Shown here in pieces: positions 62,270 through 64,000 of a DNA stretch of 64,000 nt. The stretch comes from the human T2T-CHM13v2.0 reference genome, Homo sapiens, in assembly GCF_009914755.1 (NCBI RefSeq), contig NC_060929.1. One strand, written 5' to 3'. The notes below the pieces were generated by a model. It was given only the letters and a program-made list of their open reading frames with translations, made no database searches and had not been told where the DNA came from. A program made the position numbers and the translations under genes. Numbering within the stretch: position 1 is the stretch's first letter; the number at the start of each line of letters is the position of its first letter.

Positions 62270-62634
62270 TTATAGCCTGGAGGAGTAGAAGAGATGGAGC
62301 CTAACATATTACCTACAACCCTAGCCAGAAGACAGCTGTGAAAACTTCCGAAAGAAAACACTCCTTTGAAGAACTGCAGAAACAACACAGGGGCCAGGAA
62401 ACAGAGCAAGTGAAAAAAGATTAAAGGAATGAGGATCATCATTTAGCACTGAAAAGGGGCAGTAAAAGAAGTGAGCAGAGCCTTAATAATGATTTTTGAG
62501 CCCAAAGTTGGTTGAGAGAGCCACTCTACCAAAAAGCTGTTCTACCAAAAAACTACCTTCTGGTAACTACTAGAACCTTCAAATCCCTGTCTTGCTGGTG
62601 TATAGCTGAAATTCTTGCATAAAAAAGGGAGCGA

Positions 62635-62917
62635 GGCCAGGTGTCGTGGCTCATGCCTATAATCCCAGCAGTTTGGGAGGCCGAGGCAGGCAGACCACCT
62701 GAGGTTAGGAGTTGGAGACCAGCCTAACATGGTGAAAACCCGTCTCAAAATGCAAAAATTAGCTGGGTGTGGTGGCACACACCTGTAGTCCCAGCTACTC
62801 AGGAGGCTGAGACAGGAGAATTGCTTGAACCTGGGAGGTGGAGGTTGCGGTGAGCCAAGATCATGCCACAGCACTCCAGCCTGGGAAACAGAGCAAGACT
62901 CCATCACAAATAAAAAA
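62635..62917 (+). mobile_element. AluS-like with small deletions
   Basis: Dimer structure with shortened left arm and linker. Confidence 0.92.
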
Positions 62918-63011
62918 GGGTGGGGGTAGCAAGAGTTTCACTAAAAGGGGACTTCTACATAAGTTTAAACATAAAGACTATTCCAGAAGGATAGGGGATA
63001 GTCAGTAACTA

Positions 63012-63395
<384 letters not shown>

Positions 63396-63812
63396 CTAAC
63401 AAGCAGGCTGTCCAATATCCTTCATTTGAGAGCCGTATAGTGAAGAGTAGACAACATCTAAGTCAGGTTAAAGGTAACCATGTGCTTTGAGAAAAGGAAA
63501 AGGAGAAGCCAGCTTCAGGTGGGAAAAAGGAGCCCTAGACATGAGTAGAGACCAGTATCTGCAGGGCTACAGTTCTCAACACACAAAGAATTGTTTTTGG
63601 GAAAGCTAATGAACATCTGTCGGCTAACCCTGTTCTAGACACTCTCTCTTTCTCATATCCATCCCTGGGATTTTATTATCTTAAGAACCAGGTCTTTGAG
63701 CACCAATAACATTTAGGACTCAAACGTTTTCAAAAGTGACCAGAGTCCCACATCTTCCTTACTCCCAGGAGCTTGGAGCACTTCCCTAGAAAAGCAAAGA
63801 ATTAGAATTGCT

Positions 63813-64000
63813 GGCCAGGTGCGGTGGCTCATGCCTGTAATCCCACCACTTTGGGAGGCTGAGGTGGGCAGATTGAGTCCAGGAGTTTGAGACCAGACTG
63901 GGCAACATGGCAAAACCCCATCTCTACTAAAAACACAAAAATTAGCTGGGCATGGTAGCACGCTCCCGTAGTCCCCACTACTTGGGAGGCTGAGGTGGGA
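63813..64000 (+). mobile_element. AluJ-like, cut by window end
   Basis: Left arm, linker and start of right arm. Confidence 0.9.

Overview
Great-ape (almost certainly human) genomic DNA lying inside SIL1, the ER nucleotide-exchange factor for BiP/HSPA5 mutated in Marinesco-Sjogren syndrome, transcribed on the minus strand. Only two coding exons are present. The ATG exon spans 29855-29969 (CDS 29855-29959, signal peptide [35 protein letters not shown]). The next exon spans 23151-23289 ([10 protein letters not shown]...WQALQPG). The rest is intron: over 25 Alu/FAM/FLAM copies, three decayed L1M blocks, an SVA with TSD, MER21 and MLT1 solo LTRs, MIR/L2 relics and microsatellites. Almost all ORFs in the supplied track are repeat-derived or chance. 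I found no wholly new gene system. The most interesting observations are: a MIR-derived cassette 5'UTR exon carrying uORFs and an in-frame N-terminal extension; a twin-primed L1PA insertion with a ~1 kb internal gap beside it; a 34-bp inverted copy from 1.35 kb away flanked by a 6-bp direct repeat; a left-left-left-right Alu tetramer; a potential exon 2-3 circRNA ORF; and UPRE/MEF2 motifs in a repeat-free part of intron 1. Repeat subfamily calls and most repeat boundaries are by eye and approximate.
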